From NCBI GenBank assembly GCA_021793295.1, contig JAJYTA010000004.1, forward strand, positions 442 to 64,441: DNA of 64,000 bases, written 5' to 3'. The DNA is from Actinomycetes bacterium. Its GTDB lineage: Bacteria > Actinomycetota > Actinomycetes > Jiangellales > Jiangellaceae. A program made the position numbers and the translations under genes. Positions 23,191-31,625 of this stretch are shown piece by piece. A model generated the notes under the pieces. It made no database searches. It was not told where the DNA came from and saw nothing but the letters and a program-made list of their open reading frames with translations. How positions within the stretch are numbered: position 1 is the first letter of the stretch; every line of letters starts with the position of its first letter.

Positions 23191-23709
23191 TCACCCCTGG
23201 GCCTCGGATGCTCCGGTGACTCTCTTGAGCTCGGCCGACAAGTGCGGGGTGAGCTCATGGCCCATGGCCGACATCTCGTAGACGTACATCAAGGTGCCCT
23301 TGACCAGACCATACAACCGGTGCCCAGTCCGGTAGTCCTTGGCGCCCTCGGTCTTCAGTACGCCTCGGGTCGCCATCTCGATCTTGGCCGGCTCGACCTG
23401 GCCGATGTAGATCTCCACGAAGCCCGTGGGGTGGCTGAGCAGCACTTCGATCTCGCCGTCGGCCTGTGGGCGCCAATAGCCGGTCTCCCGCGCGGCAGGC
23501 CGCACCAGGTTGCCGTCGTCGTCGAGGATCCAGCTCTTGCTGGAGTACGACAGGAACGGTTTGCCCGGCAGGTAGGTGAACTCCACCTCCTGGCCGAACC
23601 GGAAGGCCTCGATGGTGGGGTAGTCGCCGAGTCCAACGCCTTCCCAGCGGCCGAGCAGCCACGAGATGGGGTAACACGCCTCGTGGAGGTCGTCGGGGAT
23701 CTCGATCAC
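23191..23709 (-). CDS. Nitrobindin/FABP-like (DUF1794) protein
   Basis: WLLGRWEGVG..YPTI, RETGYWR and terminal HLSAEL. Confidence 0.9.
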   Translation of the reverse strand: MIEIPDDLHEACYPISWLLGRWEGVGLGDYPTIEAFRFGQEVEFTYLPGKPFLSYSSKSWILDDDGNLVRPAARETGYWRPQADGEIEVLLSHPTGFVEIYIGQVEPAKIEMATRGVLKTEGAKDYRTGHRLYGLVKGTLMYVYEMSAMGHELTPHLSAELKRVTGASEAQG

Positions 23710-23715
23710 GGTGAT

Positions 23716-23817
23716 TCAGGCCCGGCCCTGGTAGAGCTTGCGCGCGACGAACACCGCGATGACTCCGGCGGCCACGCTGACCAGGACGAGCGGGCCGGTG
23801 AAGGCGAATTCCAGCAC
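23716..23817 (-). CDS. 33-aa single-TM small protein (leaderless)
   Basis: VLEFAFTGPLVLVSVAAGVIAVFVARKLYQGRA; TAGACT -10 element 7 nt before GTG. Confidence 0.6.
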   Translation of the reverse strand: MLEFAFTGPLVLVSVAAGVIAVFVARKLYQGRA

Positions 23818-23868
23818 GTACCGGAGTCTATCCCCGGCGCCACACGCGCCGCCGTAGGCTGGGGTGCC

Positions 23869-24231
23869 ATGGAGCGTCGCCTCGTCGTCAAGGTCACCGC
23901 AGGTACCGATGCGCCGGAGCGCTGTTCGCAGGCGTTCACGGTCGCTTCGACGGCACTCGCGGCGGGGGCGACGGTGTCGCTGTGGCTCACCGGGGAGTCG
24001 GCGTGGTTCGCGCTGCCCGGCCGCGCCGCTGAGTTCGAGCTGCCGCACGCGGCGCCGTTGCCCGACCTGCTGGACGCCCTGGTCGCAGGTGGCACGGTGA
24101 CGCTGTGCACGCAGTGTGCGGCGCGGCGCGAGATCGGGCCCGACGACGTCCTGCCCGGCATCCGCATCGCCGGAGCGCCGACGTTCGTCGAGGAGATCCT
24201 CGCCGACGACGTCCGCACTCTCGTCTACTGA
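23869..24231 (+). CDS. DsrE-family protein
   Basis: ERCSQAF, LWLTGE and CTQC motifs. Confidence 0.85.
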   Translation: MERRLVVKVTAGTDAPERCSQAFTVASTALAAGATVSLWLTGESAWFALPGRAAEFELPHAAPLPDLLDALVAGGTVTLCTQCAARREIGPDDVLPGIRIAGAPTFVEEILADDVRTLVY

Positions 24232-24232
24232 A

Positions 24233-24490
24233 AAATGATCATGTTCACTAGGTGATTGCCTGCCGTACCACCCTTGCACGCCTGGTGATGCGACAGATCG
24301 CCTCGTGGTGCCACCCGGCGATTCGCCTCGTGGCGCCCACCCGACGGTTCGCCTCGTGGCGCTACCCGGCGGTTCACCTCGTGGTGCCACCCCGCGGCCG
24401 GCCGTCGAGACACACCACTAGGCGTTGTGCTGCATCACCAGGCGTGCACGGGTGGTGGACCAGGCGAATACCTAGTGAACATGATCATTT
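24233..24490. repeat. MITE/REPIN-like element: ~59-bp terminal inverted repeats around 4 x ~25-bp tandem units
   Basis: Outer 21 bp perfect (AAATGATCATGTTCACTAGGT); internal units TCGCCTCGTGGYGCCACCCGGCGGT-like at about 24298-24398. Confidence 0.8.
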
Positions 24491-24500
24491 GACACGAACC

Positions 24501-24797
24501 TCAGGGGACGTGGACGTCGACCTCGGTGACGCCGGTGTCGGCCACGACGGCGCGATCCACCGGCTGCGCCCCCGGCGCGAGCGTCCGCAGCTTCCAGGTG
24601 CCGGGAGCAGCGAAGAACCGGAACTGTCCCGTCGTGCTCGTCGGCACCTCGGCCGTGAACTCACCGCCGGAGTCGAGCAGCCGCACGTACGCACCGGCCA
24701 GGGGCGCGTCCGCGCGGTGCACCACGCCCTGGATCACCGTCTCCTTCGTGACGTCGACGCCGTCGAGCGAGACGCCTCCAGTGGTGGCTCCGCACAT
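24501..24797 (-). CDS. sseC: DUF1416 (SseC-like) protein
   Basis: MCGA start, GAYVRLLDSGGEFTAEV, GQFRFFAAPG. Confidence 0.9.
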   Translation of the reverse strand: MCGATTGGVSLDGVDVTKETVIQGVVHRADAPLAGAYVRLLDSGGEFTAEVPTSTTGQFRFFAAPGTWKLRTLAPGAQPVDRAVVADTGVTEVDVHVP

Positions 24798-24800
24798 GAC

Positions 24801-25649
24801 TTACACCGTCCCCGGCTCGTCACCCGTCGCGACCGGCACGCCGATCAGGGAGCCGTACTCGGTCCAGGATCCGTCGTAGTTCTTCACGTTCTGCACACCC
24901 AGGATCTCGCGCAGCACGAACCACGTGTGCGACGAGCGCTCGCCGATCCGGCAGTAGGCGATGGTGTCCTTGTCGAAGTCGACACCTGCCTCGCTGTACA
25001 GGGCGCGAAGCTCCTCGTCGGAGCGGAAGGTGCCGTCGTCGTTGGCCGCCTTGCTCCACGGCACGTTCGCCGCCGTCGGGATGTGGCCGCCGACCTGCGA
25101 GACCTCCTGCGGCAGGTGCGCCGGAGCCAGCAGCCGGCCGGCGTATTCGTCGGGCGAGCGCACGTCGACCAGGTTCTGCTGGCCGATCGCCGAGATCACC
25201 TCGTCGCGGAAGGCCCGGATCGAGTTGTCGGGGTCCTTCGCGGTGTACGTGGTGGCCGCGCGCTCGGGCACGGTGTCGACGAGTTCGCGGCTCTCGAGCT
25301 CCCAGATCTTGCGGCCGCCGTCGAGCAGGCGGACGTCCTCGTGGCCGTAGACCTTGAAGTACCAGTAGGCGTACGCGGCGAACCAGTTGTTGTTGCCGCC
25401 GTAGAGGACGACGGTGTGGTCGTTCGCGATGCCCAGCCTGCTGAGCAGGGCCTCGAACTGCTCCTTGGAGACGAAGTCGCGACGTACCGGGTCACGCAGG
25501 TCACTGGTCCAGTTGATCTTGACCGCGCCCTTGATGTGGTTCTTGTCGTAGGCCGTGGTGTCTTCGTCGACCTCGACCAGAACGACCTTGGGGTCGTCGA
25601 GATGTTGCTCGACCCAGTCGGCCGAGACGAGAGCGGACTCGCGACTCAT
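24801..25649 (-). CDS. cysA2: Thiosulfate sulfurtransferase (tandem rhodanese)
   Basis: YCRIGERS active loop, NYDGSWTEYG. Confidence 0.95.
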   Translation of the reverse strand: MSRESALVSADWVEQHLDDPKVVLVEVDEDTTAYDKNHIKGAVKINWTSDLRDPVRRDFVSKEQFEALLSRLGIANDHTVVLYGGNNNWFAAYAYWYFKVYGHEDVRLLDGGRKIWELESRELVDTVPERAATTYTAKDPDNSIRAFRDEVISAIGQQNLVDVRSPDEYAGRLLAPAHLPQEVSQVGGHIPTAANVPWSKAANDDGTFRSDEELRALYSEAGVDFDKDTIAYCRIGERSSHTWFVLREILGVQNVKNYDGSWTEYGSLIGVPVATGDEPGTV

Positions 25650-26104
25650 GAAGCCACCTCCGTGGTGGGGTTGGGGTGATGGGACGGTATGAAGCGCCGG
25701 TAGGTGAGATAGATCTCGCAGCCCAGGCAGAAGCCGAAGGCGGCGTTGAGGAACGCGGCCGCGAATGCGGCGCCGACGGCTACGTACGTGACGAGCTCGA
25801 CCGACACCACGTGCCCGGCTAGTCCGACCAGGCCGAAGATCAGCCCGACGGCTTGCGCGAACCGTGGCGCGGCTGCGTCCTCGAGGTGTTTCGGTGCGCT
25901 GAGACGTGGGCGCACCGACCACGCGAAGAGCCGTCCGTACGGCGAGGCTGCCGGGCCGGCCAGTGCGCCGACGGCGAAGACGAGCGTCTGCGCGGCCAAG
26001 ACCCAGCTACTACCGGTGAGCAGTGCGACGGCGAGAACAACGGTGGTCAGCGTCGCTGCGAAGCGCAAACCACGGGGATCGACCCCGGGCGAAGTGCTCT
26101 GCAT
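25646..26104 (-). CDS. DUF4395 membrane protein
   Basis: VDPRGLRF, PRFAQAVG, FLNAAFGFCLGCE; AGGAG SD. Confidence 0.9.
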   Translation of the reverse strand: MQSTSPGVDPRGLRFAATLTTVVLAVALLTGSSWVLAAQTLVFAVGALAGPAASPYGRLFAWSVRPRLSAPKHLEDAAAPRFAQAVGLIFGLVGLAGHVVSVELVTYVAVGAAFAAAFLNAAFGFCLGCEIYLTYRRFIPSHHPNPTTEVAS

Positions 26105-26211
26105 GACTCTCCTGACGTGGAAAAGACGGATGTACAACGTCGTGAACGGCGGTGTTCGTCGGACACTGCTCGACGGCACCCGCGGAAGATCGTGCCCGCG
26201 ACCGTTCCTCG

Positions 26212-26289
26212 TCAGGACATGCGACAGAGCATGGAAGCCGCACGACCGAAGTCGATGGCGCGGCGCTTCCACAGCTCTGTACGGAACAT
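26212..26289 (-). CDS. Leaderless Cys attenuator leader peptide (Ms5788A-like)
   Basis: MFRTELWKRRAIDFGRAASMLCRMS; TAAGCT -10 element 7 nt before ATG; its 3' end is complementary to the DUF4395 SD. Confidence 0.75.
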   Translation of the reverse strand: MFRTELWKRRAIDFGRAASMLCRMS

Positions 26290-26384
26290 GCCATCGAGCT
26301 TACGGCCCCTGGAGACCCACGTCATCGCGATGGCCATATGGTGAGACACACGTCTCAAGGTGTGGCCCGAATTTGGACGGCCGG

Positions 26385-26810
26385 TCAGGCCGGCAGCGCG
26401 GCGCGGACGTCGTGGAGCCGGGGCGCCCCGCTCGCGCGGCCGACGATTCGTCCCGTGTGGTCGAGCACCAGCGTGGTGGGCGTGCGCAGCACAGTCAGTC
26501 GGCGAACCAGATCGAGATTGGCTTCGGCGTCGATCTCGACGTGGACGACGCCCTCGGTGTCGGCCGCGACGTGCGCCAATGTCGCCCGCGCTGCGCGGCA
26601 GGGTTGGCAGAAGGCCGACGAGAACTGCACGAGCGTGGCTCGTTCGCCGAGTTCGGCGCCGATCTCGGCTGCGCTCAAGCGTTCGCCGGTGTCGGCGTCG
26701 GCGTGATCGCTCGGCGTCGCTGGCCGCACCCGCCCGTCGCGCCGGCGCTGCCACACCCCGAAGGTCGAAGCAGCGACCAGCACAGTGAGAAACACGATCA
26801 CACCCGTCAC
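26385..26810 (-). CDS. Membrane-anchored thioredoxin (ThiX-like)
   Basis: N-terminal TM, FCQPC motif, cis-Pro TPT. Confidence 0.88.
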   Translation of the reverse strand: MTGVIVFLTVLVAASTFGVWQRRRDGRVRPATPSDHADADTGERLSAAEIGAELGERATLVQFSSAFCQPCRAARATLAHVAADTEGVVHVEIDAEANLDLVRRLTVLRTPTTLVLDHTGRIVGRASGAPRLHDVRAALPA

Positions 26811-26857
26811 GCTCGGGACAACAGCGCCGTGGCGGCCGATGTTCCGGGGCCGCCGGA

Positions 26858-27868
26858 TCAGCCGACGAAGATCCGCCCCAGAACGAACGCAGCAGGTGCT
26901 GACGCCACGAACGGCAGCGTGACACGCATCGCCAGCAACGCACCGGCGCCGCGAACACCGGCGGGAGCGCCCACCGGCGCATCGTCCGGTTCGCCGGCCG
27001 GCTCAGACATGCTGTCCGGCTCAGCCATGCCCGCGGACTCAGCCGAGCGGGCCGCGCTTTCGGCGCCGACGCCGGACCCACCGATTCGATGAGCGGCGCG
27101 CTGTCCGACTCGCTCGTGCTCGGACCGGGCTCCGACGCGCCTGGAAGCCGCGACGGCGTCGTCAGCCAGGCGGTCGACGGCGGCGAAGGCGATGGCCGCC
27201 ATCAGCCCGGAGAAGGCCGTCACCACGACCGCGCTCACCGGGGGCACCGCCTCGCCGATGCGTTCGACGGTCATGACCACGGCTCCGGCAGCGACCGCAC
27301 CCAGCAGTACCCCGACCACCCGCCGCGCCCCGCGCGAGACCGGAATCGCCTCGACCAGCCCGACGGCACCGACCCCGAGCAGCGCCAGCCCCACGGAGTA
27401 GACGCCGTCAGCGGACTCGCGCAGCGCGACCCAGCACACCGGGAGGACCGCCGCCACGCAGGAGGCCACACTGACCGCCAAGGATGAGGTGAGACCGACC
27501 CGGCCGTCACGCCGCCACAGCTGCACGACGATCGCCAGCACCAACGACGGGCCGAGCACCGCGGCCATCGGCGCCAGGTCGGCCGAGCGCTCGGCATACG
27601 TCCACGCCAGCGCGCCGCCGCCGGAGGCAAGCGCCAGTGCGGCCATCCACCGCGCCGACGTCGTTCCGGTCGTCGCCACCGCTCCGACCGCGAAGAAAAC
27701 GATCACCAGCGCCACGGCACCGACGAGCGCCGTGCTGCCGGCCGTCGAGGCCAAAGCCAAGACGCCCGCCAGTACGGCGACGGTCAACGCAGCATGGACG
27801 GAGGGCACACAAAGAATGCTTCCAGACCCCGATGCCGTCACCGCGCCGAAATGGCAACAAGTCCACAA
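26858..27868 (-). CDS. Multi-pass membrane protein of unknown function (start uncertain)
   Basis: About 9 hydrophobic segments; low-complexity acidic loop near C-terminus. Confidence 0.65.
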   Translation of the reverse strand: MWTCCHFGAVTASGSGSILCVPSVHAALTVAVLAGVLALASTAGSTALVGAVALVIVFFAVGAVATTGTTSARWMAALALASGGGALAWTYAERSADLAPMAAVLGPSLVLAIVVQLWRRDGRVGLTSSLAVSVASCVAAVLPVCWVALRESADGVYSVGLALLGVGAVGLVEAIPVSRGARRVVGVLLGAVAAGAVVMTVERIGEAVPPVSAVVVTAFSGLMAAIAFAAVDRLADDAVAASRRVGARSEHERVGQRAAHRIGGSGVGAESAARSAESAGMAEPDSMSEPAGEPDDAPVGAPAGVRGAGALLAMRVTLPFVASAPAAFVLGRIFVG

Positions 27869-27894
27869 CGACTCGCCATCGCCGAACGAACGGT

Positions 27895-28155
27895 TCAGCC
27901 TCCGGCGAACGGAGGCAGCAATTCGACGATCGAGCCGTCGCGCAGAACGATCTCGTCGTGGCGGCGGGAACCAGCCGGAGTCTCGTCGACGACGACCGCG
28001 CAGATGCCGAGCACCGCCGCGAAGCGGGAATCGGCTCCGTACGCCGAGCGCACATCGGCCAGGGCCGTCGCCAGGGTGTCGGCCTCCACGACCTGTTCGG
28101 CCACGCCCGCAGCAGACCGCAAGGCGGCCCAGTAGCGCAACGTCACCCGTGCCAC
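27895..28155 (-). CDS. MoaD/ThiS sulfur carrier
   Basis: [12 protein letters not shown] start region; C-terminal LPPFAGG. Confidence 0.9.
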   Translation of the reverse strand: MARVTLRYWAALRSAAGVAEQVVEADTLATALADVRSAYGADSRFAAVLGICAVVVDETPAGSRRHDEIVLRDGSIVELLPPFAGG

Positions 28156-28159
28156 GGCG

Positions 28160-28957
28160 TCACTCTTCTCTCGTCTGCTCGACCACCCACGCACCGATCC
28201 GCCGGATCAGCGGCTCGGTCGCTCCGGCTTCGGCGTGCCCGAACCCGCGCTCCAGCCACAGCGTGGCATCGCCGGCCGCCGAGTGCACGTGCCACGCGTG
28301 ATGCAGCGGGAAGTAGTCGTCCTCGTCGCCGTGCACCACCAAGAGCGGGACGTCGACCTCGGCTGCCGCGGCTCGCGCGTCGATGGGGTCGGCTGCCCAA
28401 CCGGCCGGCGACACCCGGGTGCGCCGGGTGAGCCGGAGCACCGTGCGCCCGACCCGGGTCAGGATCAACCGGTGCAGCGTGCGCATCGCGGCGGTCCCGC
28501 GGTAGTGCCACTCGCCGGGTACGCTGACGGCCACGACGGCGTGCACGCCCCGGTGCAACGCGGCGTGCCGGACCACGACGGCCGAACCGAGCGAGAACCC
28601 CACTGTGGCCACCCGCCGGTACCCGAGCGCGTGCGCCCAGTCGATGGCGGCGTCGACGTCGAGCACCTCGCGCCAGCCGAGCGTGGAGTGACCGCGCGAG
28701 CGACCGTGCCCGCGCAGGTCGATCAGGACCACGCCGGCGCTTTGGCTCAGCCAGCCGGCGATGAGCCGCATCTTCGGGCTGCGCGAGTTCTGGGTGAATC
28801 CGTGCGCGACGACCACCGCGAGGTCGTCGTCGGGATCCGCGCCGGGAAAGTGCTCGCCTTGCAGGACGGTGCCGTCGGCGGCGAGCAGGCGCCGACGCTG
28901 CCCCGTGCGCGCCGTACGCGCCGCATCCGGGGCGTCTGGAGCGAGCCGGTCGGCCAT
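28160..28957 (-). CDS. Alpha/beta hydrolase
   Basis: HGF, GFSLG nucleophile elbow, HGDED and GHAE. Confidence 0.88.
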   Translation of the reverse strand: MADRLAPDAPDAARTARTGQRRRLLAADGTVLQGEHFPGADPDDDLAVVVAHGFTQNSRSPKMRLIAGWLSQSAGVVLIDLRGHGRSRGHSTLGWREVLDVDAAIDWAHALGYRRVATVGFSLGSAVVVRHAALHRGVHAVVAVSVPGEWHYRGTAAMRTLHRLILTRVGRTVLRLTRRTRVSPAGWAADPIDARAAAAEVDVPLLVVHGDEDDYFPLHHAWHVHSAAGDATLWLERGFGHAEAGATEPLIRRIGAWVVEQTREE

Positions 28958-29080
28958 GTCCGCTATTCTCCCTTACGAGGGACCTGGGCGACGACGCCGC
29001 CGGGTCCCTTGTGCGTTCGTGACGGATCACGCACCCGGGCGAACGTGACGTGCGAGCACGTCCGGAGGAGGGGCGTACCG

Positions 29081-29857
29081 ATGCCGACCATCGTTCTGCT
29101 GACCAACTCACCCCAGTCGTCGGCCGACGTGTTGCCCGCGCTCGGATTCCTCCTACACCAGGTACGGATCCTGCCGGCTGAAGCGTCAGCGCTGGTCGAT
29201 GCGCCCAGCGGCGACGTCGTCATGGTCGACGCGCGTCGCGACCTGACCCACGCGCGTGCCCTGACCCGGGTGATCCGCACGACCGGCATCGACGTCCCGC
29301 TGATGGCCATCGTCACCGAGGGCGGTCTGGCCGCGGTCACGGTGGAGTGGGGCATCGACGACGTCATGCTCGACACGGCCGGACCGGCCGAGGTCGAGGC
29401 CAGGCTCCGGCTGGCGCTGGGCCGCGTCGCAGCCACCAACGACGACTCGCCGGACGAGATCCGTACCGGTGAGCTCGTGATCGACGAAGCCACCTACACC
29501 GCGAAGATCGCCCGGCGCACCCTCGACCTCACGTACAAGGAGTTCGAGTTGCTGAAATTCCTCGCCCAGCATCCCGGGCGCGTGTTCACCCGCGCTCAGC
29601 TCCTGCAGGAGGTGTGGGGCTACGACTACTTCGGCGGCACCCGGACGGTGGACGTCCACGTGCGCCGGTTGCGCGCGAAGCTCGGTCCCGACCACGACGC
29701 CCTCATCGGCACGGTCCGCAATGTCGGTTACCGCTTCGTGCCGCCGCAATCGCGCACGGGGCGTACCCACCCGGGCAGCGAGGCCTTGCTCGGTGAACCC
29801 GATCAGCCCGCGAGGGCTGACGACGAGGCGGTCGACTCCACCGCGTCCACCGACTGA
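29081..29857 (+). CDS. glnR: Nitrogen regulator GlnR (orphan OmpR family)
   Basis: LLTN..VLPALG..VDARRDL atypical receiver, winged helix [15 protein letters not shown], adjacent to mshD. Confidence 0.9.
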   Translation: MPTIVLLTNSPQSSADVLPALGFLLHQVRILPAEASALVDAPSGDVVMVDARRDLTHARALTRVIRTTGIDVPLMAIVTEGGLAAVTVEWGIDDVMLDTAGPAEVEARLRLALGRVAATNDDSPDEIRTGELVIDEATYTAKIARRTLDLTYKEFELLKFLAQHPGRVFTRAQLLQEVWGYDYFGGTRTVDVHVRRLRAKLGPDHDALIGTVRNVGYRFVPPQSRTGRTHPGSEALLGEPDQPARADDEAVDSTASTD

Positions 29858-29892
29858 CGGCCGGGCCGGCGGGCCACCGTACGCTCAGCCCC

Positions 29893-30804
29893 ATGGCCAT
29901 CTTCGCCGCAGGCGCCTTCGATGCCTCCACCCTCGCGGTCATCAGCCAGTTCGCCGACCGCGCCCGGGCGGCCGACGGCGTGGCGCCGTTCTCCGACGAC
30001 TTGTGGGCCGCGGCGAGGCAGGGGCGCACCGAGCTCACGCTGACGCTGACCGACCAGCATGAGGACGTCTGCGGAGTGGCCTTCACCGCGCACCAGGGTG
30101 ATCGACTGGCCGCCGAACTGCTGGTCGATCCGCAGCGACGACGCCGTGGCTTCGGCGGCCAGTTGCTGGCGGAGTTGCTGGACCGTACGGACGGCGAGCT
30201 GTGGATCTGGGCGCACGGTGATCTGCCCGGCGCCCGCGCGCTCGCACGGCGCCACCGCCTCGAGCGTGCCCGCGAGCTCCTGCAACTCAGACGGCCGGTA
30301 GGTCCTGACGCTCCGCCGCTTCCCGAGGTTCGGCTGCCGGACGGCGTGCGGATCCGTACCTTCGTGGTGGGCCAGGACGAAGCAGCATGGCTGAAGGTGA
30401 ACAACGCCGCGTTCAGCTGGCACCCGGAGCAGGGCGGGCAGACGATCGACGACATCCGCGCGGCGGAGTCCGCGGCAGATTTCGACCCGGCCGGGTTCTT
30501 TCTCGCCGTCGACGACGCCGATCAGGTCCTGGGCTTTCACTGGACCAAGGTGCACGCCGAAGATCCGTCGAATCCCGGCGGCGGGCCGATCGGCGAGGTC
30601 TATGTCGTCGGTGTGCACCCGGCAGCACACGGGCGCGGTCTCGGGGCTGCGCTCACCGCCGTCGGGCTACAGCATCTCGCCGACGTCGGCGGTGTCGAGA
30701 CCGTTCAGCTCTACGTCGAAGGCGACAACGCCGCAGCGCTGAAGGTCTACGAGCGTACCGGCTTCACCAGGCACGCGGTGGACGTCGCCTACCGGCGCGC
30801 CTAG
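29893..30804 (+). CDS. mshD: Mycothiol synthase
   Basis: Tandem GNAT; NNAAFSWHPEQG, GFHWTKVH, GEVYVVGV, LYVEGDN. Confidence 0.95.
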   Translation: MAIFAAGAFDASTLAVISQFADRARAADGVAPFSDDLWAAARQGRTELTLTLTDQHEDVCGVAFTAHQGDRLAAELLVDPQRRRRGFGGQLLAELLDRTDGELWIWAHGDLPGARALARRHRLERARELLQLRRPVGPDAPPLPEVRLPDGVRIRTFVVGQDEAAWLKVNNAAFSWHPEQGGQTIDDIRAAESAADFDPAGFFLAVDDADQVLGFHWTKVHAEDPSNPGGGPIGEVYVVGVHPAAHGRGLGAALTAVGLQHLADVGGVETVQLYVEGDNAAALKVYERTGFTRHAVDVAYRRA

Positions 30805-31625
30805 TCGTCGCGGGCGGCGAGGGCGAGCACCCGCCGGGCTTGCTCGACCATGGCAACGTCGAGGAACGAGCCGTCGGCCAGGACCGCTGTACCGTCGCCG
30901 AGGCTGGCTGCCGCCTCGACCGCGGCCACCACCTCTCGAGCCCGGCCGACCTCGGCCGCACCCGGCCGGAACGCCGCCTCGATGACCGGCAGCTGCTTCG
31001 GGTGGATCGCGGCCCGGCCGACGAACCCGAGTTGCCGCCCGCGCCGGGTCGACTCCGCCAATCCGTCCAGATCCGCGAGGTCCGGATAGACGGCCATCGC
31101 CGGCGGTGGCAACTCTGCCGCGCGCGCCGCCACCACGATCCGCTGCCGGCACCAGTCCAGCCCGTCCGGCCCAGTGACCCCGAGATCGGAGCGCAGATCC
31201 GCTTCGCCGAGGCCGATGGACGCCGCCCCCGGCGCCTGGGCGATCTCGAACGCCGCCTCGACGCCGCGGGCGGACTCGATCAGGCAATGCACCGGCCGCT
31301 CACCGACTGCCGCCACGACTCGCGCGACGTCGGCCGCGCCGGTCACCTTCGGCACTCGCACCGCCACCGCCGGTGGCAAGTCGGCGACCATGGCGAGATC
31401 GGCCGTGCCCCACGGTGACGACGGCGCGTTCACCCGCACCTGGACCGCCCGGTCCGGATGGGCGGCCAGGAGCGCCGGTACCGCCGACCGGGCCGCTTCC
31501 TTCGCAGCCGGCGCCACGGCATCTTCGAGGTCGAGGATCACCTCGTCGGACGCGGACCCCAGCGCCTTGTGCGCCCGGTCCGGCCGGTCCGCCGGCACGT
31601 ACAGCAGGGTCAGCACGAGCGTCAT
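30801..31625 (-). CDS. CitE/HpcH family acyl-CoA lyase
   Basis: LYVPADRP, LDLEDAV, IES, GEADL and IHPKQ motifs. Confidence 0.9.
   Translation of the reverse strand: MTLVLTLLYVPADRPDRAHKALGSASDEVILDLEDAVAPAAKEAARSAVPALLAAHPDRAVQVRVNAPSSPWGTADLAMVADLPPAVAVRVPKVTGAADVARVVAAVGERPVHCLIESARGVEAAFEIAQAPGAASIGLGEADLRSDLGVTGPDGLDWCRQRIVVAARAAELPPPAMAVYPDLADLDGLAESTRRGRQLGFVGRAAIHPKQLPVIEAAFRPGAAEVGRAREVVAAVEAAASLGDGTAVLADGSFLDVAMVEQARRVLALAARDD

Noticed and set aside
24298-24398. Internal ~25-bp repeats as a mini CRISPR array
   Set aside because: Units are contiguous with no unique spacers, and there are no cas genes.
24225-24413. ORFs reading through the inverted-repeat element (24225..24413, upstream part of 23716..24390)
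   Set aside because: Translations simply mirror the DNA repeat; no SD and no family motif.
29000-29050. GlnR autoregulatory box upstream of glnR
   Set aside because: Only a weak CGTGA-N4-TCACG dyad; it does not fit the gTnAc-n6-GaAAc repeat.
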